Notes under the pieces: model-generated
Seen by the model: the letters and a program-made list of their open reading frames with translations, nothing else
The model's database searches: none
Told to the model about the DNA's origin: nothing
Made by a program: the position numbers and the translations under genes
From: Chrysemys picta bellii
Lineage: Eukaryota
Direction: 5' to 3'
Assembly (NCBI RefSeq): GCF_011386835.1
Contig: NC_088798.1
Location: 104,532,001 to 104,596,000, forward strand
DNA: 64,000 nt
Shown: positions 11,646-23,465 of the stretch, piece after piece
How positions within the stretch are numbered: the stretch's first letter is position 1
Layout of the letters: each line of letters starts with the position of its first letter

Positions 11646-13454
11646 AAGCTGAATGAGCATCTCCCATTGTGTGTCCCCCCCCGGAGTCCCCCTTCCCCGC
11701 CCCCCCAATTCATTTGGGATTAGTCAGCTGCTCCCTGTTTGAATGGTCAGTGTCAGAGCCCCACACAGGGGGGATGGGCTGATACAGAAATCTCATCTAC
11801 ACTAGGGAAATAATCCCCCGCTGGCGCTAGCTGCTGGGGTGAGTGCCACCGGGAGCCATGGGGGGCCATAAGCCACCAGGTCAATTGAGCCAGTGGTGGA
11901 GTTGAACCCGTATCAGCAGCTGGGGAAAAGCTTTGCCCAATGTCCCTAGCGATGGAAGGCTGGAGTTGAGCTGGCTGGAATGGAGAGATCCTCCGGCCGG
12001 GCTAGGTAGGAGCCAGGCCCCATCAGGCGGCTCAGAGCTGGCGGGCATGAGCCTCTCAACCAGTAATGGCCGCAGGTATGTTTGCAGTATGGGGGTCTTT
12101 CCTGCTCTCTCCTCCTACAAACTGGACTGAGAAGGCGCCTCAAGAAGGGATTGTGAGCTGGAGAAACCCTCCCCGCCCCCACTCCCCTTGGTATTATTAC
12201 ACAGATGTGAATCTAAATAAGAGCTCAAAGCAGCCAATGGGATGCTCCAGGAAGCTCCAGGCCTGCACCTCACTGTGCGGTGCTATCCCACAGCCCGGCC
12301 AAGCGTGGGAGCCACTCTTCCTGACCCCAGCTGGTGAGCAGCTTAGGCCTGAACTGTGAAGTTTGTGTCCTCTTGTAATTTGATTCTTGTTACTGGCCCT
12401 GCAGATACTATTCTTACCCCTCTAAGTTGCTAACACGCTTGTGAACTGCACTGTTTACCACCATAATATCCTGTAGCAATGAGTTCCGCCGATTTTATTG
12501 TGCCCTTCATTTGAATTCTAGAGTAAACAGCTTGGGGCAGGGGGCCTTTTCTGTCTCTATGTTTTGCAAAGTGCTCTGTACTCCAAAAATAATGATAATA
12601 AATAAGAAGCGCATAACAGAGTATTTCCCTGTATTTATCGTAAATGGGTTGCCTTTGATTTTAATCAAATACCCCTTTGCCCTGGCATTATTGAAGAAAG
12701 CCTCTAGCTTCCCTTCTCTCGTGCCTGCATTTGTTTGTATCCCCCGCTAGGGCATTTAGCACTTCCCTGGCACTGTCTGTCTTTGAAGTGCTGTACAATC
12801 GCTAATGCCTCCATATATACAGGCATGTTTATGCATTTGTGTGTAAACTCCTTACCTGGGTGCACACATATGGCTTTGTATGCCTGAGCATGAGCGAGTG
12901 TGTGTGTGTGCATGCTCTTAACGGTCTGGAGCTTGGCTCACAAGGGTCTGTGCTGCCTCCGCCCCCTTTCTCAGCCAGAAATAAATGTCTGATGTAACAT
13001 GGATTAGGACCGAGGAATCTCAGCGATGGTCCAGGCTGAGTGCGAGCAAGGCACAGAGCGGGTAAGAAAGACACAGGGGCTACCGGCAAACACTGGGCTC
13101 TGGGGTAGGTTTGTGAAAGCTGTTAAGGAATCCCAAACCCAAACCCAAACCCTAGTCCCTGGGCGGAGCGGGCGCAGCGGGAAAGCTCCTTTCATCTAAC
13201 AGCATCGCAGCAAGACAGCGTCCGAGGAGTCACACAGTCAGGTACGAAGAGCTGGGCTCTGAACTCGGGGGGCGGGGGGAATAGCACGGGACAGGGAGAA
13301 TTGCTACGTTCAGCAGCAGCAGGAGGGAACTCAGCAGCACACTGGAGTTTGACCCCCATGAGGAGCAGGCTGTCTTCCCCCAGCCGCTTGTTAGCCTCCG
13401 TGTGGCTGGCTCAGCTCAGACTCACTGGGGGCTGGAACTTGGAGAGTTAATAAT

Positions 13455-14086
13455 TAGGGCCCTACCAAAGTCAGGGTCCATTTTGGTCAATTTCACTGTC
13501 ATAGGATTTTAAAAATTGTAAATTTCATGATTTCGGCTATTTAAATCTGAAATTCCACAGTGTAATTCTAGGGGTCCTGACCCAACAAAGAGTTGTGGGG
13601 GAGGTCACGAGATTGGGGGGGTGATGGTCGTGCTGCTACCCTTGCTGCCCTGCCTTCAGAGATGGGTGGCCGGAGGGTGGCAGCTGCTGGCCGGGAGCCC
13701 AGCTCTGAAGGCAGAGCCGCTGCCCGCAACAGCGCAGAAGTAAGGGTAGCATGGTATGGTATTGCCACCCTTCTGCGCTGCTGCTGGCAGGGCGCTGACT
13801 TCAGAGGTGGTCACCCAGCCAACAGCCACCGCTCTCCGGATGCTCAGCTCTGAAGGCAGCGCAGAAGTAAGGGTGGCAATACCGCGGGCCCCACTAAAAT
13901 AACCTTGCGACCTCCCTCTGCAACTCCCATTTGGGTCAGGACCCCCAGTTTGAGAAATGCTGGTCTCCCCTGTGAAAGCTGTATAGTATAGGGTCAAAGC
14001 ACACAAACGACCAGATTTCCCAGTGAGAGACCAGATTTCATGGTCTGTGACGCATTTTTCATGGCCGTACATTTGGTAGGGCCCTA
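13455..14086. mobile_element. Non-autonomous DNA transposon (hAT Tip100-like), 632 bp
   Basis: Perfect 15-bp TIR tagggccctaccaaa (13455-13469) / tttggtagggcccta (14072-14086). Internal repeats ctctgaaggcag..cagcgcagaagtaagggt. TSD not clear. Confidence 0.8.
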
Positions 14087-15793
14087 TAAATAGGACAGGG
14101 TATCTGGTGCTGGTGAGGAGAATCTTGACAGCTGGGCAGGAGAGGGCTTTGACCTGCGTTCGTGTGTTTGGGTGTTGAGGAAAAGCCACCACCCCAGCAG
14201 GCTGGGCTGGGAGTGTTATTGCCCACATCTATTTCGGTAGGGGCTCGGCCCGGGCCCCGGTGTGCTTGGCCCTGTACAAACCCGGACCCAGAGTTAGCCC
14301 CTCCCAGCCCTGGGAGGTTTACAATCGAAAAGACACAAGTGCAGGTGACATGAGCAAATGGACGTGGAGGAGCCACAGTGAGAAGCCGCCATGCCAGCGG
14401 TTGGCTCCCTGAGTGCCACGCAGCAGATCTGGGCATGGGGGCTCTCCATCCCTGAGCCCGAGGAAGACGGGAGGGCTGGGGAGGTGGTTAGGTGCATTCA
14501 GCTTGGCTCTGAGGAACCCCCTTATGGGGGCTAGCAAAGCAGGCATTGCAGCTCTCGGGGAGCCGCTGCTGTGGGCAAGATGGGCAGCAGCCCAGGACAT
14601 GGGAGCTAGGGGGGTGGGGGCGGCGCTGTGGAGTTGTTGGCTACACTACAGAGAAATGGCTACTTGCATGCACAGCTAGGCCAATGGGCCATCTCGCCCC
14701 ATACCCTGCCTCCCACATTGGCTCATACTGGATGCTGCAGAGACTGACACCCCCAGAATGGCCCCAGTTGCACTGGAGGGGAAGTTTGTTCCTGCACCCA
14801 GCTGGTGATCAGCTGATACCCTGGAGCATGAGGTGTCTTGTAATGTTTCCTTATTAGTGCTGCTGCAGAGGCTAATCTTATCCGTGGCTGTGCGTTGGGC
14901 CTGCTGGAAATGGGGTATTTGCCTCCATAATACCCTGCAGCAGTGAGTTCCACAGGCTGTGGTGAGCGAAGCATTTCCTGTCAGTTGCTTGATATTTGCT
15001 GCCTTTCAATTCCATGGAGTGACTCTAGTTCTTGGATAATGGGGCAGGGTGAATAGGAGCTCTCTCAGACCCATTGCCTGGGCTCTGGAGGGGCAATAGC
15101 AAACCCATACGCCAGTGCTTGGCGACACTAGAAATAGGGAGTGGAACACGAACCCACTCTGAGTCCAGAGATCTTGCCAGGCAAGGACCCCGCATGACTG
15201 CTGGTGGGGAGGCCAGTTCCCCCTTTCAAGCTGTGCTGGGGTGGGGAAGCTGTGCGTTCTCTGATCGCTGAGGGGTGGGGATCCAGGCTGTATTGAAAGC
15301 GAGGACAAAAGTCCCATTGACTTCAATGGGGTGAGGATGTCCCGCTGGGTCACCGAGTCCTAGAGGAGCTGCCATATATCGGGAGTATCAACTCCCCCCT
15401 TCCCTGTACGAGCAGCCCCTGCGGTTCTCTGTTATGGCTGTAGCAGAGTCACTTGCTAGGAATTCTGCTGCACCTGCAGGGCCTTAAACTCCCATCAGAC
15501 TCTCCTAAGGGGAGCCCAGCATCTCCCGCCCTAGCCCTCCAGCTCCCAAGAACCACCAGGCGCCGTCCTCTTTGCCCAAAGGATCAGGGTTACAACTCCC
15601 CGCTCTACCAAGGTCAGGAGCTTAAAATAGACCGTGGCTAAATGGGAGCTCAGGGGGCAGCGAGGAGCAGACATGGTCTCTGTAGTGAAACCCACACAGC
15701 AGAGCAAGGTGCTGCTAACTTGGCCTGCTGCCCCATTCAGGCAAGGGGACCCCATCCGTTCGTGCACCACACGGGGGGAGACGTATACTTAAA

Positions 15794-15874
15794 CCTGCCT
15801 CAGTGCAGCAGGATGGACTAGAGAACCTCTTGAGATCCCTTCCAGCCCGACACTTTGATGAGTCTGTGATTCTA
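15794..15874 (+). mobile_element. CR1-type 3-prime end fragment
   Basis: cctgcctcagtgcag..ggactag..acctcttgagatcccttccagcc..ctgtgattct resembles the CR1/SINE 3-prime terminus. Confidence 0.55.
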
Positions 15875-17086
15875 CGGGGGTGGTGTGGGGGGGAGGAATG
15901 AGATGGGGACTATTTTTTCCTCTCTAAAGAAACGCCCAGTGAGGGCCTTCCTGGAGGCTGACTTGCAAACAGAGAAAAAGTGACTGATTTGAGCTTCTTG
16001 TTGGCTTCAGGAGAGTACAAGTTAAAAGGCTTAGATGGCACAGAAATATGATTGATCGATCAAATCATAGATCCCCGTTCTGCCCATGCTCCAAGCATTG
16101 GTTTTGTACCATGATGTAGGGTAGAATACAGCCCTAAAATACATATAAGGAAACATGCAACATTTTCATTAGCTTGAGAAACTCACCACTGCAAGGCATT
16201 AAGTCACAGCAAAATTAAACATAAAGGAGCAGACGCTTATGAATAAACGTGGCACCAGCCAGCTAATCTAACAGTCACAAGGGCTCTTGCTTCAGGGCCT
16301 AAGCAGAGGGGTAGCTGAGCTCAGAAAGCTCAGTATACAATGCAATGCAACCTTAATTTGTACATTTTGAATAGCGTCTTTTGTACAAGACAGCCCCCCA
16401 CAGTGCTTGGCAGAGTTTAATGCAGGCCGGTGCATTGTATCAGGGACAGAGAGCCTTGGTGCAAAATCTTGGCCTGGGGAATACATTAAGTGGCTCAATC
16501 ATAAAGCCAGCAACGGAGGGCAGAATTAAGAGGCATGAGCAGGGAGCAAAGAGATTTCAGATGGCGAGTTGCTGCAGGAGACGGCACCAGATGGCAGGAG
16601 CTGCGGAGAAGAAGACTCTCGCACCAGCAATGGCGAAGCGTGTGAGGGGGTTGGAGAGAAGCTAATCCAAGAATAGTGAGGAGAACGGGGAGGAGAGCAC
16701 AGAGGGCCAGGATGTGGTCACTTGGAACAGCTCTATAGTGTTAGAGACATGGAGAGCTGGTCCTGAAATGAATGGGAGATGTTTGCAGTGAAGTTGGGGT
16801 GATGTGGTGGCATGATACAGTTCCTATGACCATAAAGCAGAAGAGAAACCCCCTTTTTCCAGCTGCATTCTCTCTGGTTTTGTGCATATTTTCCAAAAGG
16901 GAGCAAAGCTGGGCCCCAGGGTAACCTTTGCAAAAAGCCATCACACGAACCTCAGAACTGCACGTGGGATCAGTTCTTCCCAGGGACGGGGCAATTGGCA
17001 CACTGGGGGTAACGTGTGGGTAGCAGCCAGGGTCTGCCCTGATGTGTGAGCCCTGCTGGGCTTCTGCTTCTTTTCCAGGTGAGAAG

Positions 17087-17168
17087 ATGTTCCCAATTAT
17101 GCATTCAGACCACACCCGAGAGAGAAAAAAGCAGGCGATGGCCATCGTGACGGAGATGATGGGAGATG
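17087..17168 (+). CDS. MYOZ3: Myozenin-3 first coding exon (MFPIMHSDHTRERKKQAMAIVTEMMGD)
   Basis: Acceptor ttcttttccag at 17078, ATG at 17087, donor GATG|gtaaga at 17168/9. 82 nt, phase 1, joining in frame to the next exon. Resembles the myozenin-family N-terminus RKQQATAI. Confidence 0.8.
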
Positions 17169-17690
17169 GTAAGAGATGCCTTGTGCTAAACTGACTTACG
17201 GAGTAGCCCCAGGTTGCCGCATGCAATCCACTGGGGCTGATCCCGTTCCCATTGAAGACACTGGCAAAAATCCCCTGGACTTCAGGGGTATTAATGTTAC
17301 TGGTCTCCTCCTTGGACTTTCCAAATGAACGAACGGTACATTGTCAATTAACACTAATGGGGCCCATACCCCAGATTGCTAGAGGTTATTCTGAGCCCTT
17401 CCCGGCACCAGGATCCCCTTACTATCCTCCCTTTTCATTCCCCCCCCCCCAAGGCCCTCTGGTCCCCACCTCTTTGCCTGGATGTGGCTCCCATCAATGC
17501 AGTTTCTGAACCAGCCTGATGGGCCCTGCAGAGCTATGCCAGATGTTTGTCACTCCTAGGGGCTGAGTCAATCAAACCCTCTCCTCGCCTCTCCCGGCTC
17601 CCCATGCACAGCCACTGGCCCCTCGCTCAGAGCCTAACCCCCTATTGCAACACCTGTGCTTTCACTGCCCTGCTGTGTGTGTGTCCTCAG

Positions 17691-17845
17691 TCCCCCAGCT
17701 GGACCTGGGGAAGAAGGTCAGCATCCCCCAGGATCTGATGGTGGAAGAGCTGTCTCTGCAGACAAACAGGGGCTCCCAGCTGTTCCAACAGAGGCAGAAG
17801 CGGGTGCAGAAGTTCATCTTGGAGCATCCTACTGGCTACAGAGCC
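17691..17845 (+). CDS. MYOZ3: Myozenin-3 coding exon 2 (VPQLDLGKKVSIPQDLMVEELSL...FQQRQKRVQKFILEHPTGYRA)
   Basis: gtcctcag|TC acceptor, GCC|gtgagt donor, 155 nt. Calsarcin hallmark LDLGKK.S.PQDLM.EELSL. Confidence 0.96.
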
Positions 17846-18411
17846 GTGAGTCGCCTCATCGTGATGGGAACCCAAATCTCAGCTGACCCTGTTGGGTCAC
17901 ATGATGGTCACGCTCTTGGCTGACAGTCCAGGGACTGAACCAGGGCCCTCCAGAGCTAAGGACAAGAGCTGCTGCAGCTTGAGCTGAAGCTCTAGAAATG
18001 GAGGAGGGCTGTAATAAAGCCGGTCCTCTAGATCAGCACGGAGGGGGAGCTGTAACACCCACGTGTTACGCCAGCACCCTGGCCTACCAGGGCCCCTCTT
18101 AGCCCAGGATATGAGGATCCCTGAGTTAACAGGAAGCCCTGCGCAGTTATTGTAACGGCATGTTTTAACGGGAAGGAGTGTGAGGGGGAGGCAGCCATCT
18201 TTGTTGTGGGCCCATGCGCCATCAGCTGTGAGGAGAGCCGGGCTGTCACCACAGGGCACTGCCAGTGTCCGTGGAAACGATCCCCTTGGCAGAGCCAGGA
18301 AACGGGACTCTGAAACCACGTGCGTCGCCGGCCCTTCCGCTGACAGCACTGGGGCTGCGTGTGGGGCCTGCTCCCCTCAGAGAGTGACGTCGTTCCCCCT
18401 GCCCTCCATAG

Positions 18412-18489
18412 AGCTCAAGCAGGATGGCAGCAGGTGGCTCGCACGGCGCGGCTGAGGGGGACCTGGCGGGAAGACCGGACGCGTGGCTG
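18412..18489 (+). CDS. MYOZ3: Myozenin-3 coding exon 3, symmetric 78 nt (SSSRMAAGGSHGAAEGDLAGRPDAWL)
   Basis: ccctgccctccatag|AGC acceptor, CTG|gtgagt donor, phase 0-0, no stop codon. The AGGSH motif resembles recalled bird MYOZ3. The gene also stays in frame without this exon. Confidence 0.65.
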
Positions 18490-19347
18490 GTGAGTGTCCC
18501 TGGGGCACCCTTATTTAAAGAGAAGCAGTGGATGGCGCTAGCCAGTTGGGCTGGAGCTAGGTTACTGAAGTAGCCTCATTGGCAGCTGTAGGTCAGTGCT
18601 TTGCCTGGCGTCCTGTCACTTTCCCTGCGTTCACTGAGCAAGGACATGCTGGAAAGGGCCGTGAGGGGGCTGGCAGGCTGCTGTTACCCCCTGCAGCAGG
18701 GTGCTTGCATGCTCCTTGCATCAAGGCACTTTGGAAAGTGCCCCTCTGGGGCCTGCTCTGCATGCTGGCCTATTCAGTTGGGATGAAGGTACGCGTATTT
18801 CACCCGGATTTCATTTTCTCCTTCTTTCTGAGTGAGGCAGGAGCCCCACGGGTCCAACCTCCGTAAGTATCCTTCCACGGCTGGAGGCCTGGGTTGACAA
18901 TCTCACGGGGGCAGGCAAAAGTGAAGCAAGGTGGTAGTTTTCCTCCAAGATGCTAGCAGTTCATCACAAATTCACCATGCAAGTGTCTTGGAAAGGACCA
19001 AAGATTAGAAAACAGGGGGCCGGTAGGTCCTCACTGAGGGCCACTGGTGGAATCGTGTGAAGTTCTGGGGCTAGCAGAGCAGGGGATGCTGCAGCAATGC
19101 ATTAAGGCGTGCTAGCAGAAGTGCACGTGGGGAGTTCTTGCACCGCACCTGGCCACGCCATGCCTGGCTCTAGCTAGTGCAATATAAAAAGCGATCACCC
19201 TTCAGGAGACGTGACTAAGTCTCCTTCCCTGCCCTTTGCTACTCCATCTTCTCCACAAGACCGTACCTCAGTTGTCAGGGGCAAAGCGAAGCAGACCTCT
19301 CCTGGTGCCCTGTCCACAGCCTTCTCCTATTGCTCTTTCTTCTCCAG

Positions 19348-19486
19348 TCTGCCCAGGGCCAGGAGAACTATCGCACTGAGCTTCACGTGGCAGCAGCAGG
19401 CCAGGGGACCCCTCCCAAAGTGCCCAAGAAGACAAACAAAGTCCTACAAATGAGTAAAGCCCTCAATCCCGAGTCCCTGGCCCCAG
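19348..19486 (+). CDS. MYOZ3: Myozenin-3 coding exon 4 (SAQGQENYRTELHV...SKALNPESLAP)
   Basis: ctttcttctccag|TCT acceptor, CCAG|gtaagg donor, 139 nt. Contains the NYR(S/T)ELH and LAPG motifs. Confidence 0.92.
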
Positions 19487-20109
19487 GTAAGGAGTTGCCC
19501 ACAGAAAAAGAACACCATGACGGAGCTACCTCAGTGAAGTAACGAGGAGCCGGACCTGCAGAACTTGTTATCAATAGAAGGCGTATGGCCCCCATGATTC
19601 CCACTGGCAGAACATGAGGACCCCACCCATAACCAATCAGGGAACAGCCATCCCATGTAGCAAGGAAAGCCTCCTTTCCCCTCCTCCTCCCCCCCACAGA
19701 TATAGATGATGCAGAGATGTAACCTGGTCACTACAGCTGGCTGGGCATTGTCTGCCAAAGTGTTTTTTCAATGGAAAAAAGTTGGGTTTTTGGATTAAAA
19801 AAAATGAATTTTTTTTAAACGAATACATTTTTGCCAATTTTTTTCAGGTATTTGTCAAAAAAAAAAAACCCCCAACAATCTGAAATGTCGGTGATAGGAC
19901 AAAAGAAACATTTTGATATTCTCTATATTTTTTCATGGGAAAAAACATGTCCTGGCCATCTCCACTGCTCTCCCAGCCCTTCCCATGGGAGGGGAGAGGT
20001 CCTGTCCACACGAGGACAGTCCCGGGCAGGCCTGACGATCCAGTGAAGCTGGCTGGCTGCTACCTTGCAGGTCTGCTGTAGTACCGAAAGCCTTGTCTCC
20101 CAAACGCAG

Positions 20110-20290
20110 GCTACTCTGGACCGCTGAAGGACGTCCCACCGGAGAAGTTCAACTTCACTGCCATCCCCAAGGGCTACTGTTCCCCTTGGCAGGAATTCCT
20201 CTTCAGTGAGGACTACCGGATGGAGAGCAAGAGCCAGCTGCCTGAACTGCCCAGGAAACCCAGCCACTTCGAGTTGAGGAGCTTCAACAG
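20110..20290 (+). CDS. MYOZ3: Myozenin-3 coding exon 5 ([30 protein letters not shown]...LRSFNR)
   Basis: caaacgcag|GC acceptor, AACAG|gtaacg donor, 181 nt. Calsarcin motif PLK.VPPEKFN.TA.PKGY.SPW. Not in the ORF track because the frame has no start codon. Confidence 0.95.
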
Positions 20291-21110
20291 GTAACGGGCA
20301 CCTGACACATCCACCATGTTTGCTGGGATATGCTGGGGATTGATGGAGGACTCGGCCTGGGGCAGGCTTGGGGATGAAAAGGTGGCTGGAGACCTTGCTA
20401 AGACCTGCTATTTGCAATTTTTCTTGCAACCCCATTTTAGCTGCTTGTTGTAGCAACCGCCCCTGGGAAAGGCTGGGCAGGACAGGGGTCTTGTGCAGCA
20501 CAAAACCGAGATGGGGCACCCTGGACTTCTCTGCAACGGGACACAAACAGCTGACCGGCGGCTAGCCCCGGCTGGAACCAGTGAGGCTGGTGGGTGCTGA
20601 GCACCCCCTATTTTTTTTCCATGGGTGCTTGAGCCATGGAGCAACCACAAAGTTGGCGCCTATGCTCAGAGCAGTCTCTGTCCCACACCTGTTAGGCCAT
20701 GGCCACGCTAAGTGACAGCTCATGCGCTAGGCTAGTTTTCACAAGGTGACAGATAGCTGCAGAAGCAGCTAGGACACTAGGTTAATCCTTATGCAAGGTG
20801 CTAAAAAGTCACCTGATTCCTTCCCGCCACACACTGGAGACTGAACTTTCACAATTCTTCTACCAGTGGCTCCAGCAAAGGGTGCAGCTCCAGGCACTCC
20901 GTGCAAGAGTTAACCTTCCTCTTTGATATGTAGGGCTGGGTTTGTAAAGTCCTCGGATGGGAGACTGCCAAGGGAATCCCGGGTTCTGCAGACAGCAGGA
21001 GTGGGGTTCCAGTAGAAGCGTTCTCACTTCTCCGTCAGTAGAGAACAAGGAACCTAGCCTGGAGTTGGGGGCACTGAATTTACATAGCAACATCTTTTAG
21101 CTGAATCATA

Positions 21111-21410
21111 AAACCGAGGCCCTGACCCCTTCTGGTCACTGAGGATCCAAAAATCCCTTTTCATGAGCGTAGGTCTGGGGCTCACCCTGGTCCCCTGGCC
21201 AAACTGCTGTTTGAATAATTACATCCTGCCTAGCTGAATTCTTGCTACAGTTTCAGCTGATGCGGAGTTCCTCCTCACTTCTTGCCCTAAGCTGCTGTAC
21301 AATGTTGGTGGGCCCCACTAACCAGCTGCCTTATTCGAACCCTAAGGAGGCTGCATGAGTCATGCAGGAAGTTATGGAGATGAAAGGTGTTGTATAAATG
21401 TAAGATATTA
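21111..21410 (+). mobile_element. Ancient DeuSINE (AmnSINE1-like) remnant in the MYOZ3 last intron
   Basis: aaccgaggccctgacc..ggtca..gatcc, cctggccaaa..taattacat.ctgcct and the tail tgaaagg..tataaatgtaagatatta match the AmnSINE1 consensus as recalled. Needs a Dfam check. Confidence 0.55.
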
Positions 21411-23290
21411 ACGAGGGACTCGCCAACCCCCTCCCACACCAGACCCGGTGTAACTAGCAGGGAAGCACATGAGCTAGCTAGCAGAAAGCAAGGCCACGGT
21501 GGAAGTGATGCTGCCAGCCGGAAGCAAAGGGTGGAAAAGCCAAGGGGTTTCTATTGTTATTTCCTTACCACCCAACGTATTCAAGTATTTAGAATGTTTC
21601 CCGTCCCCAGCTCCCTCAGTCATACGCTGTAAAGGACGGGGGAGGTGCTGCAGTCACTTGTTCTTTAGTTTCTGGGGCTGGTCATGTTTCTCGGCCCTGG
21701 GCTCAGTATTTATTTCTGGACAGAAACTCAAAGGGGCATGTTTCTAGATGATGTGTTAGGCTGCCTAGCTTCACCCTGTTATTTCCCCTCTGAACTGCTG
21801 CTCTTCTATTTAAAGCCCTAAACTGACATTTAATACAGCTAGATGCTAATTTAATGCCAAGTCTCTCACCTCCATTTTAACTCCTCAGTGAGGCACAAAG
21901 TGCCGGGAAGCTGAATTTACAGACCTCCGATTTAAACTGAGTTAAAAAAACATGTGATCCTTGTGGATCTAAGGTCCTGATTTTGAAAATCACCTCTTTT
22001 CATTTGATCTTATCCTCCCACCCCAAACAAATCCAACCCAAAGCTGTTAGCAAAACGGATGCTGCCTTTTGTATTAAGCGAGAAGACAGAAATCCTGCCT
22101 ATGAAGCAAGATGAACCCTGGAGTATTTCACATTTGTAATAGACCAGTGGAAAGTTCACCACCTCTCCAATGACCGAATTCAAGCAGGCTGGTTTATTTA
22201 CAAAATGCAGAGGGGTGATGAAAGACCTTGAAGAGGCTCGCAGAGATGGTACCTGCCCTACGTGAGCTGTAACACAAGGCTTTGAGAACGACCTTGCCAC
22301 ATACTCCTTGGGGGAACCGAGCATTTCTGGAACAAGCCTTCATCATCCACACTTCCCCCAGAAGCGGGGCTCAGACATGCAATCCCTGGGACGCTGCTGA
22401 GACACGATGCCACGTTACTCGAGTAACGGATTAGACAATGTACCAGAGCATGCTTTCCAAAGCAGACATTTGCAGATACACCCCACAGTCAGCCTTTACC
22501 GCTGCCCCCAAAACAGTGCTCTGCCTTAAACGAAGGCCTAACATTCAGCACAACCCTAGCTGCTCCACGAGAATACACCTCTGCCCTTGTATCATTTCTC
22601 CAGGAACAAATGACAGCTCAAGCCACTGCACAAAAGCTCCCTTTCGTCACGTTCCGAGAGAAGCTGCCCTGGTGCCGAAAGCAGGTTGATTGTTAAGAGA
22701 TGTACGACAGCATTGATCATGAGGTGGGGGTAACGCAGCTGCAGCCCCTTCCAGAAGGCTTTGGCTGCACCTAAAAGGCTTCACTCTGCTTTACAAAGGA
22801 GAGCAGAGGATAGGACTTGCTGCCCCAAGACCTTTCATGTGTGGTGTCTCTCTCATGCCTCTCCTTGTTCAACACGTACCTGGAGGCTGGCAGGGTTGCT
22901 AAGGGGAAGTGGGGTGGAGTAGCTGTGGGGGCTGACACCCAGCTCTACCTTGCCATCCCAACCAAGGGTGCTGAGGTAGTGGGACCAGCGCCCCTGTCTC
23001 TCTGCAGGAGTTTGGACGAGGGCTAGCTGACTGAGGCTCAGTCTAGAGGTGAAGCTTTTGAGGGGCTGGGGGAAAACAGACAGAGTAGGGGGGGATTATG
23101 GTGGCTGGGAGGAGCACAGCTGCCATTCATGACACGGGGTGGCAACTGAGGGCTCTTGCTAGATGACAAGGCTGCAATTGGATGCTCAAGGAGCAGCTAG
23201 TCCCGAGGGCTCCTTCCAGCCATGGCTACCAAGGGAAGTACACCCCCCACCCCCATGAAAAGGCTAAATCTTCTTCCTTTGTGCACGCAG

Positions 23291-23465
23291 GACTCCGACC
23301 CCATTTGGTGGAGTGCTACTCAATGACATGTTCACTGTGCCTGGGTTGGAGATGGAGGCTCAGACAGACACCTCGAACAGCTTGGAGCTCGCCTGGAATA
23401 GACCCAGCTTTAACAGAGCACCCCAGGGCTGGGTACGGATTTTACCAGAGACAGAAGAGCTGTAA
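23291..23465 (+). CDS. MYOZ3: Myozenin-3 last coding exon (TPTPFGG...RPSFNRAPQGWVRILPETEEL*)
   Basis: ttcctttgtgcacgcag|G acceptor, TAA at 23463-23465. Ends in the myozenin E[S/T]EEL PDZ-type tail. Total CDS is 810 nt (269 aa). Confidence 0.95.

Noticed and set aside
13131-13155. (CCCAAA)n run resembling an interstitial telomere
   Set aside because: Unit is CCCAAA rather than CCCTAA, with only about 3 copies; a trivial microsatellite.
13656-14228. 190-aa minus-strand ORF
   Set aside because: Lies mostly within the non-autonomous transposon; no transposase motifs.
20071-20109. Upstream alternative acceptor ccttgcag| for the MYOZ3 exon at 20110
   Set aside because: Use would read GGT CTG CTG TAG, an immediate stop. 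The AG at 20080-20081 shifts the frame.
19923-20546. 207-aa minus-strand ORF
   Set aside because: Antisense shadow of MYOZ3 coding exon 5, with no independent support.
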